Below are positions 1-13,478 of a stretch of 64,000 bases of DNA, in pieces. Position 1 is the stretch's first letter, and each line of letters starts with the position of its first letter. Both the position numbers and the translations under genes were made by a program. The stretch comes from Ramazzottius varieornatus (taxonomy: Eukaryota > Animalia > Tardigrada). The stretch covers positions 485,624-549,623 of the forward strand of contig BDGG01000009.1 in the NCBI GenBank assembly GCA_001949185.1, in the 5' to 3' direction. The notes beneath the pieces are model-generated. The model made no database searches. It was not told the DNA's origin and was given only the letters and a program-made list of their open reading frames with translations.

Positions 1-11
1 ATGGAGCCAGG

Positions 12-308
12 ATGAGCAAGGCGGAAGAGCAGACGTTTTCTTGGTCGGAAATCAGCCAGCATACCAGTGCGAACAGTCTGTGGGTTGTGGTGCGAGATAA
101 AACTTCACCGGGATCGCCGCTGAGGGTCTACGACGTGACGAATTTTCAAAAAACTCACCCTGGAGGACATCTCATCCTCCTGAAGTACGCCGGTACGGAA
201 TGCTCGAGAGCCTTTGCCGCCGTCGGACATTCAAAGTATGCCATTAAAAGAATGAGCCAGTATCGCATCGGGATTGCCGAGGCTGACAACGTAGAACCTA
301 GAAAATAA
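12..308 (+). CDS. Cytochrome b5-like heme-binding protein (98 aa, no membrane anchor)
   Basis: FSWSEISQH, VYDVTNFQKTHPGG and AFAAVGHS motifs; both axial His present; stop soon after the domain. At the window edge, so it could be a last exon. Confidence 0.85.
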   Translation: MSKAEEQTFSWSEISQHTSANSLWVVVRDKTSPGSPLRVYDVTNFQKTHPGGHLILLKYAGTECSRAFAAVGHSKYAIKRMSQYRIGIAEADNVEPRK

Positions 309-1374
309 GCCTTGGCGCCTCTCATTTGTTTCCGAAATGTTTTCCGGGAATCCAGCCAGTCAGCTAGAAAGTTTGCATCGCAATATTTCGAGTAGTGGGT
401 CTTGACCTTCATTGTTGTCTTTCATTTTCAATCTTACATCTCACACCAGTAACATGCCAATTCTGATCGAAGAACCTGTAAAACTACTTCCACTCTTTCA
501 CTTTTGACCTTCGAATAAGCCGTCTCTCAAACCGGAAGTTAGTATGACATGACTATTCCGATAAAGTTTCTCCCTAATCAAGGATCAACCATTAACGGTG
601 TCTCATGACATACAGTAGGTGAGGCTTGTAAGATAAGCAAGTCGCTAATTTAGAGATTGCGAAGTGATCCTGACTTGCACCATTCATACGTACAGGAACA
701 TCGTGACATCATAAGAACAAGTTCGTCGCGTACTGTATTTCCCTCGAAAGTTCTGCGCAGTCTCATGACCGGTCGATAAATTACGCCCCGGGTGGTCATA
801 ACTTAAGTTTTAGCCGGGGATTATCTCATGGGCCTGTCATGTGACTGTGCAGAACTTTGGAGGGAATAGGGCAGCCGCTGTGTCAAATGTCAAAACCGTC
901 ATACGTCATTCACGTAGTGACGTCACCATGTTCCTATTCGTGTTGGATTGTGCCAAGTCCCAGCACACTTCCGTTCGCAATCTCTATAGTAAAGGGAGTG
1001 ATAAGATCGGAACTCGGAAGTGCGAGCGAAGTCGCCTTCTGCCTTCGTCGCAGTTAGAAAGTAGTCTTCGTCTTGGACTCTTGGAGGAATCGACCTTTGC
1101 CCTTGTACAGGTCTTACGTAAGCCGAAGGAGCCTGTTATCGTCATTCTAAGGGAGAACGGTATAAGCACGTGTCGTATACTCTATGTTGCCGATTGCTGA
1201 TACACTTCCATTTTACAGCCTGTGGCATTAATTTGAGCCATTTCCGGTTGATCGACAGCTAGTCAGCTTGCAGTGCAAGGAGGCTTATCACAAGACAGCA
1301 GACTTGACGTAGCCAACCGTAGATAGACGCAAGTCACGTAGCAGTACTACACGGACGAACCTTCTCACAACGTC

Positions 1375-1839
1375 ATGGCTTCCTCTTCTTCCATGTCCGA
1401 GCCTCGGCACCTGAGCAAGTATTCCTGGGACGACGTCAGCTCCCACAACACCAAAGACAGTACGTGGATGGTCATAAACGGTAAAGTTTACGATGTGACG
1501 AAGTTTCTGGAGGAACATCCGGGTGGGGAGGAGGTGCTGCTGGAGAATGCGGGCAGGGACGGCACCGAACCCTTTGAAGATGTCGGCCACTCTACCGACG
1601 CCCGCGAAATGATGAAGGAATACCTGATTGGGGAGATACACGAAGAGAAGCCCAAAGTTGTGATTGAGACCAAGAAGATTGTCGAGAAGGTGGAGACAGG
1701 AGGTGCCGTCGGAGGAGCAAGTAATCAGTGGCTGACATGGCTCATACCCGCTGCTTTCGCCCTGGCCGCTGCGTTGGCTTACCGAATATTTGTCGTTAAT
1801 GCAAAGATTGCTTTCGATGCCACTACCGCACAGCTCTAG
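1375..1839 (+). CDS. CYB5: Cytochrome b5, tail-anchored, intronless
   Basis: [44 protein letters not shown]-terminal [21 protein letters not shown]. Confidence 0.95.
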   Translation: MASSSSMSEPRHLSKYSWDDVSSHNTKDSTWMVINGKVYDVTKFLEEHPGGEEVLLENAGRDGTEPFEDVGHSTDAREMMKEYLIGEIHEEKPKVVIETKKIVEKVETGGAVGGASNQWLTWLIPAAFALAAALAYRIFVVNAKIAFDATTAQL

Positions 1840-4105
1840 GAGCGAAAAAGGAACGCGCTTTGCCGGAATGATTTCCATGTACAGTACAGCACCGCTTTTT
1901 ATTTTTACTATTCAATACCTTGGCAGACAAATGAACAAGATCGCTTGTTCAAGTGGCGCACGCTTCTGGTCGGTCGCATCGTGAACGTGTGCCACTTGGG
2001 GAAACAGTCAAACTCGACAAAACCAGTTTTCCAAGTGGCGCACACTTCCAGCTGTCACCAACAGAAACGTGCGCCACTTGGAAAATCAGTTTTTTTCAAG
2101 TCTGTTTGCCGAGCTTCCGTTTTCTTTTTTGCTTATGGCTACAGCTGTTTTGTTTTATGGGCTAACGGATTTTTTCTTTCAGGTAGATGACTGAAGTGGT
2201 TTCCGGCGTTTGGATGTCGCTGATGAATTCCTTCAGACTCGGGTTTTCTTCGCGCTAGACATGTATATTTCCCCGGTGCACTGTAAGACTTGTACCGGAC
2301 TACCTTTCAAATTTTATCGAGTATTTCTTTTAATGATTATTACCTACGTCAGTGTGAGCACCTACTGTAGTTTACTGATGACTCTTGATTATTCTTATTG
2401 CCGATACAAAAATATCGTACACTTTGGTGATCAGTCCATAAAGTTTGAGTTTTCTGTTTGAGGAACTGTTGCCCAGTAACTCGAAAGAAATGCGTAAGGA
2501 CCCGGAAGTTCTCTCCACATCCACCCCCGTGACTTCAGCTAGCGCGTTTCCGGTCACAGGGCTTTGGTGAAACTTGATTCACAAACCACAGCCTGTCGTT
2601 CGAGTACTTTGTCGTTCCTCTTCCGTGTGCGAAGCATTTGTTACAGCTCATATCCAGCAGGCAATCACGCGACACATTTTTGGATCGGTGAAAAATCTCG
2701 CGAAAACTCTTGTCAACGTGTTACTCTTATTGTGTGATCTAACTTCCTGGTACAAGGTCCCATGAATGCACAAGTTTCGATGGCTCCCCTGGAGTTCGCC
2801 AATAAGCCGTCATTATCAGTTACTCCGCCACCTATAGAGGCACCCAGCAGCGAGAGGGGGACTGAGAACGCGCTTGGTGTGGATGGCCGGGACGATAGCG
2901 GCTGCTTCCTGTTCGCAGGACCCGAAGACGAGAACTCTCCGCTCTTCGGCGTCTGGTTTCCAAGTACGAGGTATCATTGTGGATTTTCGATGGGCGATTT
3001 ACGTGTTAATGGTCGATAATGATAACCTTGATTTTTGGATCGATTAGGTACGCGTCAGCGCCTCCAGAGACCGCGGAAGCTCCCCGATAATCGATGGTTA
3101 TGGTCTTGTTCGCTCTTCATGCATGATTGGACGCACTGGCTCCCCGCAGTAATTTATGTTGACTCGCGGAAAGTTTTGGTTCTTCAAGGTGTACGCAAAG
3201 TGCCCAGTTTTGCTTTTGAAACTGAGACTCCAGTCAATACGGGAGCTCCGCAAACAAACTCGGCCAGATCGTTCTTTCCTAAGGGGCGCACGCTTACAGT
3301 GTTATTGGCCGGAAGCATGCGCAATTGAAAAACTCAACGAAGTTGTCTTTCCAAGTGGCGCATTTCTTCGGTGCAGCTGGCTGAACGCGTACGCCACTGG
3401 AAGATCGATCTTGTCGAATATGTTGCCCCGCTGCCGCATTCCAAATGAGGTTTCTGATGACTTATATCATTGATCGAGCCAATATGATGTTGTTTCTTTC
3501 AGAAAAGAGTGGCGCTGATTATACCCATCTTAGCAGTCCGTACTAAGGTTCCAAAGTCTCTGTTGCACTGGGCAATAAAGTCAGAGAGACGGCTAAAGAT
3601 CGCTGGGTACATGAACAAGGACTCTGAGCACTTGACTACACTCCTCAAAGTAAAGCTGGAAACGCCGGCCAAACAGTGTGAACTACGGCAGATGATCGCG
3701 GCATTCCGCGAAGTCGCGAAACCGAACCAGTGAAGGGAACATGCCTACTTCCGGTTCGCAATGTCAAATTAGACTTCCTCAAAACTCTCGTGGCAGATCT
3801 CAACTTCCGCTGTTATTGAATGTGACTGTAGGACTCTTCTGAAAACTTTATTAGCGCTTTCGTCCGATCGTTCTGGGAAATTATTGTCGTTACGAATATC
3901 GATAGCAATAAATCAAGTCTCATCTCAAGAACTATACTTGATTAAAAAAGAACAGAAACAAGATCAGAACAGACGCTATAGCCAACAGGGATAGGCGCGG
4001 TTCCATTGACTAACATGAGATGAGAAAACTAAGCTAAGACAGACTTCTTCATACAAGCAAAGCCTCGTTTTTGTACAAAAGTTTCGTCAAAGGTTTCTGC
4101 AAGAG

Positions 4106-7100
4106 CTAGTTATTCCACTGCTGGTACTGATTCTGTCCTTTGACGACGCCCTGCTTGTGGTTGGCAGCCTGACCAGCCGAGTTCTGCGGCATGCCCTGCG
4201 TCATCTGGTGCAGCTGTTGTTGCTGCGCCATCGGAAAGTACTGGTTACTATACTGATGGGACGCCGCCGTCGGCTGGTTGCCCATTTGCATGCCGTAACT
4301 CTGGGACGACTTCTCGTACGGCTACACAAGACACAAAACTTCATTACTTTTCCAACATACATCTGCCGACAGCTGGGCAGACTCGTCAAGACTGCTTTCC
4401 CAAGTAGCGCACATTCTCAGTGTCAGTGCCCGAATGTGAGCGCGACTTGGTAAAACGATTTTCAACCAGTACCCAAGTGGCGCACTTTTTCAGTGTTATA
4501 CACTGAAAGCGTGCGCTACTCTGAAAAACAATCTGGTCGTTCGAGCAACCCTAGCCAATTTTCAAGAAATATGTCTTCCCATACCTTGTTGTTGGTCTTG
4601 CTGGCCCCGTAAGCATATCCACCCTGAAGATCCGAACCTCCGGCCAACATGCCCTGACTTCTCATGTCTGCAAAGAAACCGAGAGACTTCAGGTGTCGCT
4701 CATTTGCCACCGCGAAGATCAAAGTCACTTACACGGGTCATTACTGAAGGCCGAGACGTTTCCCGCCACATACGCCGCGCTATTCTGTAGCTTATCTCCG
4801 ACAGCCAGATCCTGGCCGTAACTGCTCGAGTAGCTGTTACTGAGACCAGTGTTGGTCCCTTTGGAGTAGCCGCCGCTAATGTTGGCAGCGGGGGTGGTGT
4901 ACATCTGTGGGTTGTTGCTGTATGGGTGGTAGCCCGGCGTCATGCTGGGTGGTGAGTAGACGTAGTTCTGCCCAGTGAGGCCGTAGCTCATGCCGTATGG
5001 CTGACCGGCCAGTTGTTGTTGGGAAACCTGAGCCGTTCCTTGGACATTCTGCAAGGCTTCGACACCACGACGGACTTGGTCGGGAGTGGAATACCCGAGG
5101 TTGGCGGAAGTATCACGGAGACCGGAAAGGCTGTTCTGGTAACTCTGGTAGTCTTGCAGACTTCCCATCTGCGAAAAAAGAGACAAAGTCGAATTTGTTT
5201 TCCAAATACTTCGCGCTTAACTTTGAGCATATTCCCCATTTTTTCGGTTTTTGTTTCTTGGAGAACCGAGTAAACTGTTTGAAACCCAACCGAACAACTC
5301 GGCAAAGTCGCTCCTCAAGCGGCGCAGACTAGCGGCCAGTTACACTAAAAACGTGCGCCACCTGGGAACACCATGAGACTCGAGAAGGTCATTTCCCCAA
5401 GTGGCGCACTCTGTCAGCATAAACATCGAAACCGTGCGCCACATGGGAAAACACTTTTCCGAGTTTGTTTGCCGAGCTCTCAGAAATCAGAAATATTTTC
5501 TGATTTCAAAACTGGTGCTTACCGGTAACATCGAGAGGATAGCGCGAGGATCCATACCCGTGCTTCCATACTGTGCTTCCATGCCAGAGTTCTGGGCAAA
5601 CATGGCCGGTAATGTACTTTGGCCATACTGCGCTGGTTGTGACTGAGCTAGATAGGGTTGTTGACTCAGGAACGACTGGCTCACGGTGGGCTGTGAAGCT
5701 CCGTATGGCTTGTTCAAACCTGCAACGTAGGAAACAAGATTACAGCAGTACAACACAGGGCCAGACTGCACTAGAGGAGTTGCCCGTTCTGGCCTCACGA
5801 ATCACTGGACATTTTTCCAAAGAAAAGGAAGACTTTCGGCTTACCGCCGATGGAAGCAGACGGTTGCACCGTCGACTTGGGCATGCTGAAGCCGGTAGCG
5901 GTGGTTGCCGAAGTTCGGGGGGCTTGCACTGTTGAAGTCATCTGCGAAGTTCCGCTGGGAAGCTTCTGCGCCATTCCTGTCGGTTGCGTCTGCGTGGTGG
6001 CACTTTGCGCCGAAGCTTGGTACGAGCCGAAACCAGCGTTACGCGATGACATATCTGCAAAAGTCAAAACACCGACTTCAATTCCATATTGCTTTTGTTC
6101 TCCTACATTCGGGACGTCGGTAAACGAGTTTACCCAAATCGTTCTTCCAAGTGGCGCCCGTCTTCATTGTTATTGACTGTTGGGGCGCGCCACTCAGAAG
6201 AAACGATCTGAACGAAGTCATTTTACCACTAACTTGGATTCATTCCACTTTCGAAATTCATTTCATTTTTCTCAAACATTTCATGGGATTACCTTGGCTT
6301 CCATACGACGAGAAGTTCTCAGGCAGCGTGCTGATTGAAGACTTGCCGGGTGAAGTCTGTTGGCTCTGATGGGACGGCGGATTGGAGTACTGAGTGGCAG
6401 TTTCGTTCTGGTTTCGCTGTTGTGGACCGAAACCAGCCACAGCGTCGTTCCTGCCGGACGGTGACTTGGACAAGGCGGTAGCAGCGGGTTGTTGGGAGTA
6501 CCGCGAGTCTTGCGACGAGGCGTAGGGGTTGATGGGTGACTGCGCGGAGTTCATCATGGTCTGTCCTTGCGCACTGGCACCTCGCGCATCACCCATGCCG
6601 GACATTCCTTGGCCACGGTTCGCTCCAGGGAACGTTTGAGACTGCTGCGAGTTGACGAAGGAATTCGAGGACTGAATGTTCTTCGCGGAATACGTGTTCG
6701 TGGGCAAATCTGCACAAAACACCCGTCCTCAGTCACGTTATTTTCCAAAGAAAGCCCAGCAAACCAAATCGACCTGATCATCCTCAAGGAGCGCACATCC
6801 TCAATGCTACCAGCTGATAGCGTGCGCCACTCAAGACGACGTCAAGTGGCGTACGTTTTCGGTTTATTGACGAAAAGTGCGCCACTTGGAAGATCCATCT
6901 CGTTGAGATTGTTTGCCTAGGCTCAATATCATTTCAGTCTAATTTTTCAGTTTCTAATTTCTGAGAACAAAGATCAAAATAGTTGATTGATCGTATATTT
7001 CCAGACTTCCCAATGTCTAGTTTACCGTGCTCGGAGCTTCCGAAAGTCATCGTCTGCGATGGAACACCGATCATGTGCGAAGGACTGCCAGTATTTCTGT

Positions 7101-9384
7101 TCTGGCCGCCGGTCGACTTGCTGGGCGACAGCGGTTCTGTCGCCACACTGTGTCCCATTGTTCGAGACGCATTCACCGCAGAAACACTGCAACAGGAAAT
7201 ATGGTGCTTTACAGCTGACCAACTAGCGAAAGTCTAATGAGCAACCGGGTAACTGCGACACCTACCCGGGAAGGGAATCGCGCGATTCACTGGTATACGG
7301 CGACCGAGCGTTTTGTCCGGCGTAGACTTGCGACTGCACTCCGCTATTCAGATGGTTGAGAGAATGCTGGGCATCTGCTTGCTGGTAGGAGGAATTATCG
7401 AAGGTCAAACCGCTAAACTTCATTCCCAGCTGCTGTGTGGCGTCCGGTGTCACCGGTCTGTCCGGACGAACATTAATGCTGTGCTGCAAAGAAAAGGACA
7501 ACGAGGAATCAGGACCACAAACCCAAAAGTAGAACGAAGACGAGTCAGCAGGATCAGGTACACTTCTTACCTGGTTCATGGTATGCAAGTTGGACTGGTC
7601 GACTGGTTCGTAGCCAACTTGCGGGACATTTGGTGGCTTCTGCATGCCGGAAGCTGACTGAGAAGGTCCAGAAGGCTTCTGTTGTTGCTGCTGCTGCTGT
7701 TCTGCCTGTTGCTGCTGTGGCGCTTTCCAACCATTAGCCTCGTTGACTGGTGCTTTCTGTGGTCCGGCTTGTGCAGGAGGTGGAGCACTGCCCGCAACTG
7801 CACTGGACCATGTAGAGGGCTTTTGGACCATGGTCGACCAGGAAGGAGGCCTACAAGACAATTAGTCGTTATCAACGCATCTACCCAGAATCTCACGCCT
7901 ATTCGGCACATTCCCAAAGTGTAGGCAGCGTAGGAGAACTAACTCGACAAGATTGTTCTCCCAAGTGGCGCACGCTTCCAGCCACTAACACTAAAACGTG
8001 CGGCACGTGGCAAAAAGATCTTGTCAAGTTTTCCCTAAGTGGCGCGGGCTCTCGGCCAATAACACAGGAAGCGTGCGCCGCTTTGGGAGACAATTGTCTT
8101 CTACAAGCTTCTACAATTCGAAAAGTGAGATGGAGTTCTTCCAAATTTTCACATAACCGAATCGCAAATAAAAGTCTTGATAATTACCCGGTACTGTTAA
8201 CGGAGCCTTGTCCCCCAGACTGATTTGCCGGAGCACCACGCTGTCCAGCTGTAGGAACGTTCAAAGGAGCAGAAGCCGTCGGTGCCGAGCTTCGTTCAAA
8301 TTTGAGGGACTGACGAGCCAACTACAAAAATCAGAACCAATGAGTTTACTGTTTACCCCTAGGCAGGCTGACGAAATGAGCATGAGTAATGCGCTCACAG
8401 TTTCTTGCCAGTTGTCATCGGCATCATCCCATCGGGATGACTCTGTGGTCGTCTCGTTATTCTCACGACGAGGAGGTCCATCCGCTTGGGTCTGACCAAA
8501 ACGCCCGTCGCCATCAGTAGTCTGGCGACCCTGGAATCTGGTCTGGCTGCCCTGTTGTCCACTTTGTCCTACAGAGACAATCAATAATCAATAAACAGTG
8601 ACCGACAAGAAACGGCAAAACTTATCATGTCCAATACGATCATCTGTTCGTGCTTTCAACAGCAATCTATTTTCCATAGATGAGAGAAAGGTTTAACCCT
8701 ACCCGAGAGAGGCTCATCCTGTACATAGTTACTGCGAGGAGCAGATTGTGCGGTAGTGGACTTTCCCCCACGACTGCTGGTGTTGCGCTGATTCGCCCGA
8801 CCCCGTGTCGAAGGCTGATTCTTGTCAGCCGCTTTGGTCTTTTTCTTCCCAACGGGTTCCCACTGATCCTACAAAACGACACAATTTGACACAATTAACA
8901 TAAAGCACCACCTCAAAACTCAAAAGACAAGAGTCAAAGCAAACTGGTGCGGCTCACGGTCAGAGTCGAGCCTTTCTCCAAGAAGAGATCAACTGCCGCC
9001 TGCACGTCGTTTCCACAGTCGTGCAAAGCAAGGATAGCCTCTTCTGCTGAGCAGTTGGTCACTGCCTGTACTTTCTCGGCTTTCTCTTGCAAAGCCTTGT
9101 CTGAAACTGTGGAGTTCTGGAACAACTGCAAAGAGCAGGCATTTACGATGACAACAAGCTAATTTCGATCTGGGTTAGATCCGACCTACCTGAGCCATCC
9201 GCATCTGCTCTTTGGTGGCTTGAGGAGCACCCTTTGCCTGGGTCGGCTGTGAACTATCCTCCTTTTTCACGTCTGAACGCTTGTCCTGACGCTTTCGTCC
9301 ATTGGCGTTCTGTGAAGGCTGCTTGTTTTCGTCGTTGACGGAGCTGTTTCCTTTCGTGCCACCTCCCCCGGCTTTCCGATCCAT
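4106..9384 (-). CDS. UBAP2L: UBAP2/UBAP2L (lingerer)-like protein, multi-exon
   Basis: N-terminal QATKEQMRMAQ followed by a UBA-like domain (AILALHDCGNDVQAAVDLFLE, 8934-9131), then long Q/S/G/Y-rich low-complexity exons ending QYQQWNN*. Internal exon boundaries not all resolved. Confidence 0.8.
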
Positions 9385-10528
9385 TGTGAAGTTCTGAGAA
9401 GCGAGACCGTCGGTACGAAGCTTAAGAATCAGCGAATGATGCGTAAAGAACAAGAAGCTGACGTTGTCAAGCGGAAGCAAAGGCAAATCCAAAAAATAAT
9501 CTGAAGATGTCCAGAAATTCCGAACTGATCACAAGGACGATGATTCACATGGACACAGTTTCGAGCAGCCCCCTGAGGTCAAATGTTACTGCTCTTTCAC
9601 CCTGTATAGCACCACAACCGCTCGGTCCACAAGCGCGCAAGTTGAACAAAATACGAAGGGTGGCTCATAGTGCGCGCTATGATCACTTCGCACAGCTTTC
9701 AAAGAAAGCATCCCTCGATGTCATGCCAGGCATCAATCAAGCGACGGGATGGTTCAATGTTTCACTTGTTAGCTGGCCTAAAGTGTTCCAATAGGGCCGT
9801 GCTTCACCCACTGCGTTCATTTGCTCTTCAGCCCCTGATTATGCTTGCGAGCGGAGACGCAGGGAGTCGTGGGACTCCGGAAACTGAGGTTCACCGGACT
9901 TCCGGAATTTGTTTCCCCACTTAGACCTCGAGGTCCCCCATCGCAAACCATCTCGAAACTGGGCTCAGTATTGTGAATTCGGAACGCAAAGAGCTATCTG
10001 TTGTGTTGGGGTTTTCACAGTGCTTACACGCTGTGGAAAAATTCACAGCGAACAAGTTTCCGGCGAGAACACTCAAAGACTTACCGAAACGTACGCACTT
10101 CTTACCTATGGCAGGTTCCCAATCAACCTTGACTACTACGAGGAGTCAGAGGTTGTTTCTTTTAGCGGTACGGTAAACAGGGACGTTTGCACTGAATCAG
10201 CAGTTTTTATCAACAAAGACCCACTGTTACAAATTCCTCAGACACGCAAACAGTATTGTCTTTTCCATCAAAGTTACCACAAAAATGCCATTCGAAGTAG
10301 TGGTCCGCAGAAGAGATACGTAACTAAAACCAAAAATCCACTGAGGGAATTCAGCACAGTACGACACATCAAAACAGAAAAACCGCGGCCATGAAACCAG
10401 CTAAAATCATAGCGATCCATAAAAACAAGATACAGTATTCGTGTCTAGATTAATTCTCTATCACACGAGAGGGTTAGCTACACTTTTAGAGAAAGTTAAC
10501 TTTCGGAAAGGTTGCACAGTGAGTTCTG

Positions 10529-12928
10529 TTAGACTTGGGCAAAGGCACGGTAGATTACGATTGGTCCCTCTGTAATGCGAATCTCCGCTTCGGTGCTCGC
10601 TGGTAAGAGCCACACCGTCCCCTTCTCGATAGGCTCTTCCGCGATTGAGCATCTTGCGGAACCGCTAATGCAAATTATTATCGATGCCGAACCGAGTTCG
10701 GGAAGCCGGTAAATCGCGTTGGCATCAGGTATCTACAGCAAAACAGTTGCTAAGTCGACAGAATGAGTTGAGAGGCCAGAAACAGAACGTACAAGACTGC
10801 TTTCTAAAGTGGCGCACGCTTCCAGCCAACAGCAACGAAGGCGTGCGCCACTTAAAAAACCAGTCCTGTGGTGTCTCAAGCGGCGCACGCTTTCATTGTG
10901 GTTGGTTGGGAGGGTGCGGCACTTGGGAAGACAACATTGCAAGTTTTGTTGGGCAGCCTCTTAATCATTCGTCGAGGGTACTATGATATACTTCAGTTCG
11001 CGCAACGCCGAATTCCGCGACAGGTGGTAAGTAGTACGACGTCCAAACGTCTTCCGTGTCGTGTGTCAGAGAGAACTTAAAGTCTTCGCCAGGACCGCTT
11101 GAATAATCTACCAGCTCCGTCAGCGTTTCCACGTCACGGAACTTTGGCGTCAGACCAGCTCGCACTACGTTGTCCGAGGTCGCCATGCATTCGACACAGT
11201 CTGGTAAGAACACAGCGTGATATTATGCTGGACGCCAACAAGCCACTTGTTTCTGGTTTCTGCCGTTCTTACCGCCACTTAGGTAGGCGTGAGGGTTGTT
11301 CGGTCCCAAGAAGATCGCTTCACCCGGCTGTACGATGATATAGTTCATGAAGAATACGCAGAAGCAGCCAACGTCACCGGGATAGTCTTCCCATAGCTGG
11401 ATGAAGACGTGACCATATTCTTGGAACAACTTCCCGGTGTCTTTACCTACGAACAGAAAGGACTACAACATACGTTAATTCAGGAAAACATACAGGGATG
11501 AACTAGGTGAACTTACGGAGATTACTGTAGTATTTGTAGAGCTGGGTTCCTTCCACGGACAATATTGTCTTGTCGGCTTCCATTAGTGATCTGAAGGCTA
11601 GCTTCAAGCCATTGAGTTGATCGTCCTGGATGGGACTTGTCAGGCCACGCTCAACTAAGATGCAGGTTTCTTCTCCGATGACTCTTCTAAATTCCGGTAT
11701 GGCTGGAAACAAAACCCACAACGGTTAATTGCAAATTCGTAGGTATCATGGATGACGAGCTCTCATCAAACTCACTTCGAATAAACATGAGAAGTTCTTC
11801 GAGTGGCCGAAATCCAATGAGTACGTGGAAAGGAGTCTGGAAAAATAAAAATTATTATCCTCAAGAGATTCACTCAGATTCTGCGAAGCATGTGATGATA
11901 AGAAAAGAAACGTTTCTACTTACGAGAGCGATGGCCATCTCTGGCTTATGATTATCATCAGGATAGTTCTTTGGGTCCTTCACGTGGAGCTCCGCTGCCA
12001 TTTCCTAAAACCGCAGACTAAATGCTGTGCCTCAATTTGGTAGAACCATAGTCGAAAGATTCTACCTCCAAACCAGACAGAGCTACGTGACATGGGATTC
12101 GGACTCACCTTGGTCGGATGCATCTGGATCGACAACGCCTTTTCGACGGACAATATCTTAAACAAGAAAGGCAGTCCACCGGACTTGAATCTTTGCTGTA
12201 ACGCTTCGCCAACCAGGTACGGGTTCTTCTCCAAGTAATCAGACAGCAAATGACCCTTATTTCCAGGTAGCAACACGTAGTTCGGACCTTTTGGGTGTGT
12301 TCCCATCCACAACTAAAACACAAAATAGAATGAACGTCTGGAAGGTTGATGGGCCAGTTTCCAGGCAGTCTGTCAGGCTTGCTAGCTGCGCATGAGTGAG
12401 ACAGCCATCACGACAACAATAATGATAATGATAAGGGCAAAGTCACGCGATACCTCTGCATACGGCTTGCTTTCTTCGATCTTCTCATCCGTAGCGCCAG
12501 CTTCCGCCAACTGTCCCACCAAGCTTCTGCGACCCATCTTGCCCCATTCGTACGATTGTACCGTACATATCAACCGAAGAGCTACAAGAGAACTTTCGCA
12601 TGAAAACTGGCACACAAAACCGACCAGATCGGCTTTTCAAGTGGCGCACTTTACCGATCAGTAACACGGAGACGTGCGCCACTTGGGAAACCGATCTGGT
12701 GGAGCTGTATGGAACAAGTGAAACCTCACCTCGAATTTCGTCATCCGGAAGCTTCTCGGACTTGTCCGACTTTCGCATCATTTGTACGCCTGGACTGACG
12801 CTTGGACTGGGTCGCGGAGTAGTCTTTGGTGTAGGTCTGGGACTGGTCGACTCTTCCATAAGGTCTTTCACCTTCTGGTTGACCGATTTGACGGCTCCAA
12901 AAAACTTTTGCTTGATACTATCCGACAT
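10529..12928 (-). CDS. MPI: Mannose-6-phosphate isomerase (type I PMI), multi-exon
   Basis: [92 protein letters not shown]; last exon ends YRAFAQV*. Confidence 0.95.
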
Positions 12929-13478
12929 GGCGAAAGTCCAACTGCAAACACAACACATAGTGTGTTCAGGTAATCCCTCCGAGGCACGTATATTATTATC
13001 GCAGTGACTCACGTGTGCGGCGACGTACAAAACTTCGGTTTCGGAAGAGTAGAACGGTCTTCACGGGTGAGTGGATCGATGCAATGACGGAATTCTTACT
13101 CGTCTGCGAAGTAGCACGACGAGTATGATACGCACTCAGTCGTATGCTGTCAGAATTGCAAGACTTACCTTTGCAGCTGACTGGCGATATGCGAGCTCTT
13201 CCACCGAAGACTCCGCGAACAACGTGTGATAGGTCGGAGTAGCAAACTTGTTTGACAAGACGGCGGAAGGTGCAGCGGAAGTGCGCCCAGCAAGCAAGAA
13301 ACAGAATTATAGAAAAGAATGCTGCCAACTTGAATAAACTCCATGACGTAATCAGCAAGCAGATGTTGCTTTTCTTTTCCCCATAAATGGACATGTCGGC
13401 CACTCGATAAGCTTGATTGACTGATCGTTTGCCGTAGCTCTGACAATTATTCCGTCTCGCATAAACATTTTTCAAGTA

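Noticed and set aside
1288-1878. 196-aa antisense ORF over CYB5, and similar shadow ORFs elsewhere
   Set aside because: Antisense shadow of a well-supported coding sequence.
1915-2118. GTGGCGCAC repeats read as a CRISPR array or bacterial REP/BIME
   Set aside because: Dispersed rather than arrayed, spacers share one consensus, TIRs and TSDs present, eukaryotic context, no cas or RAYT gene.
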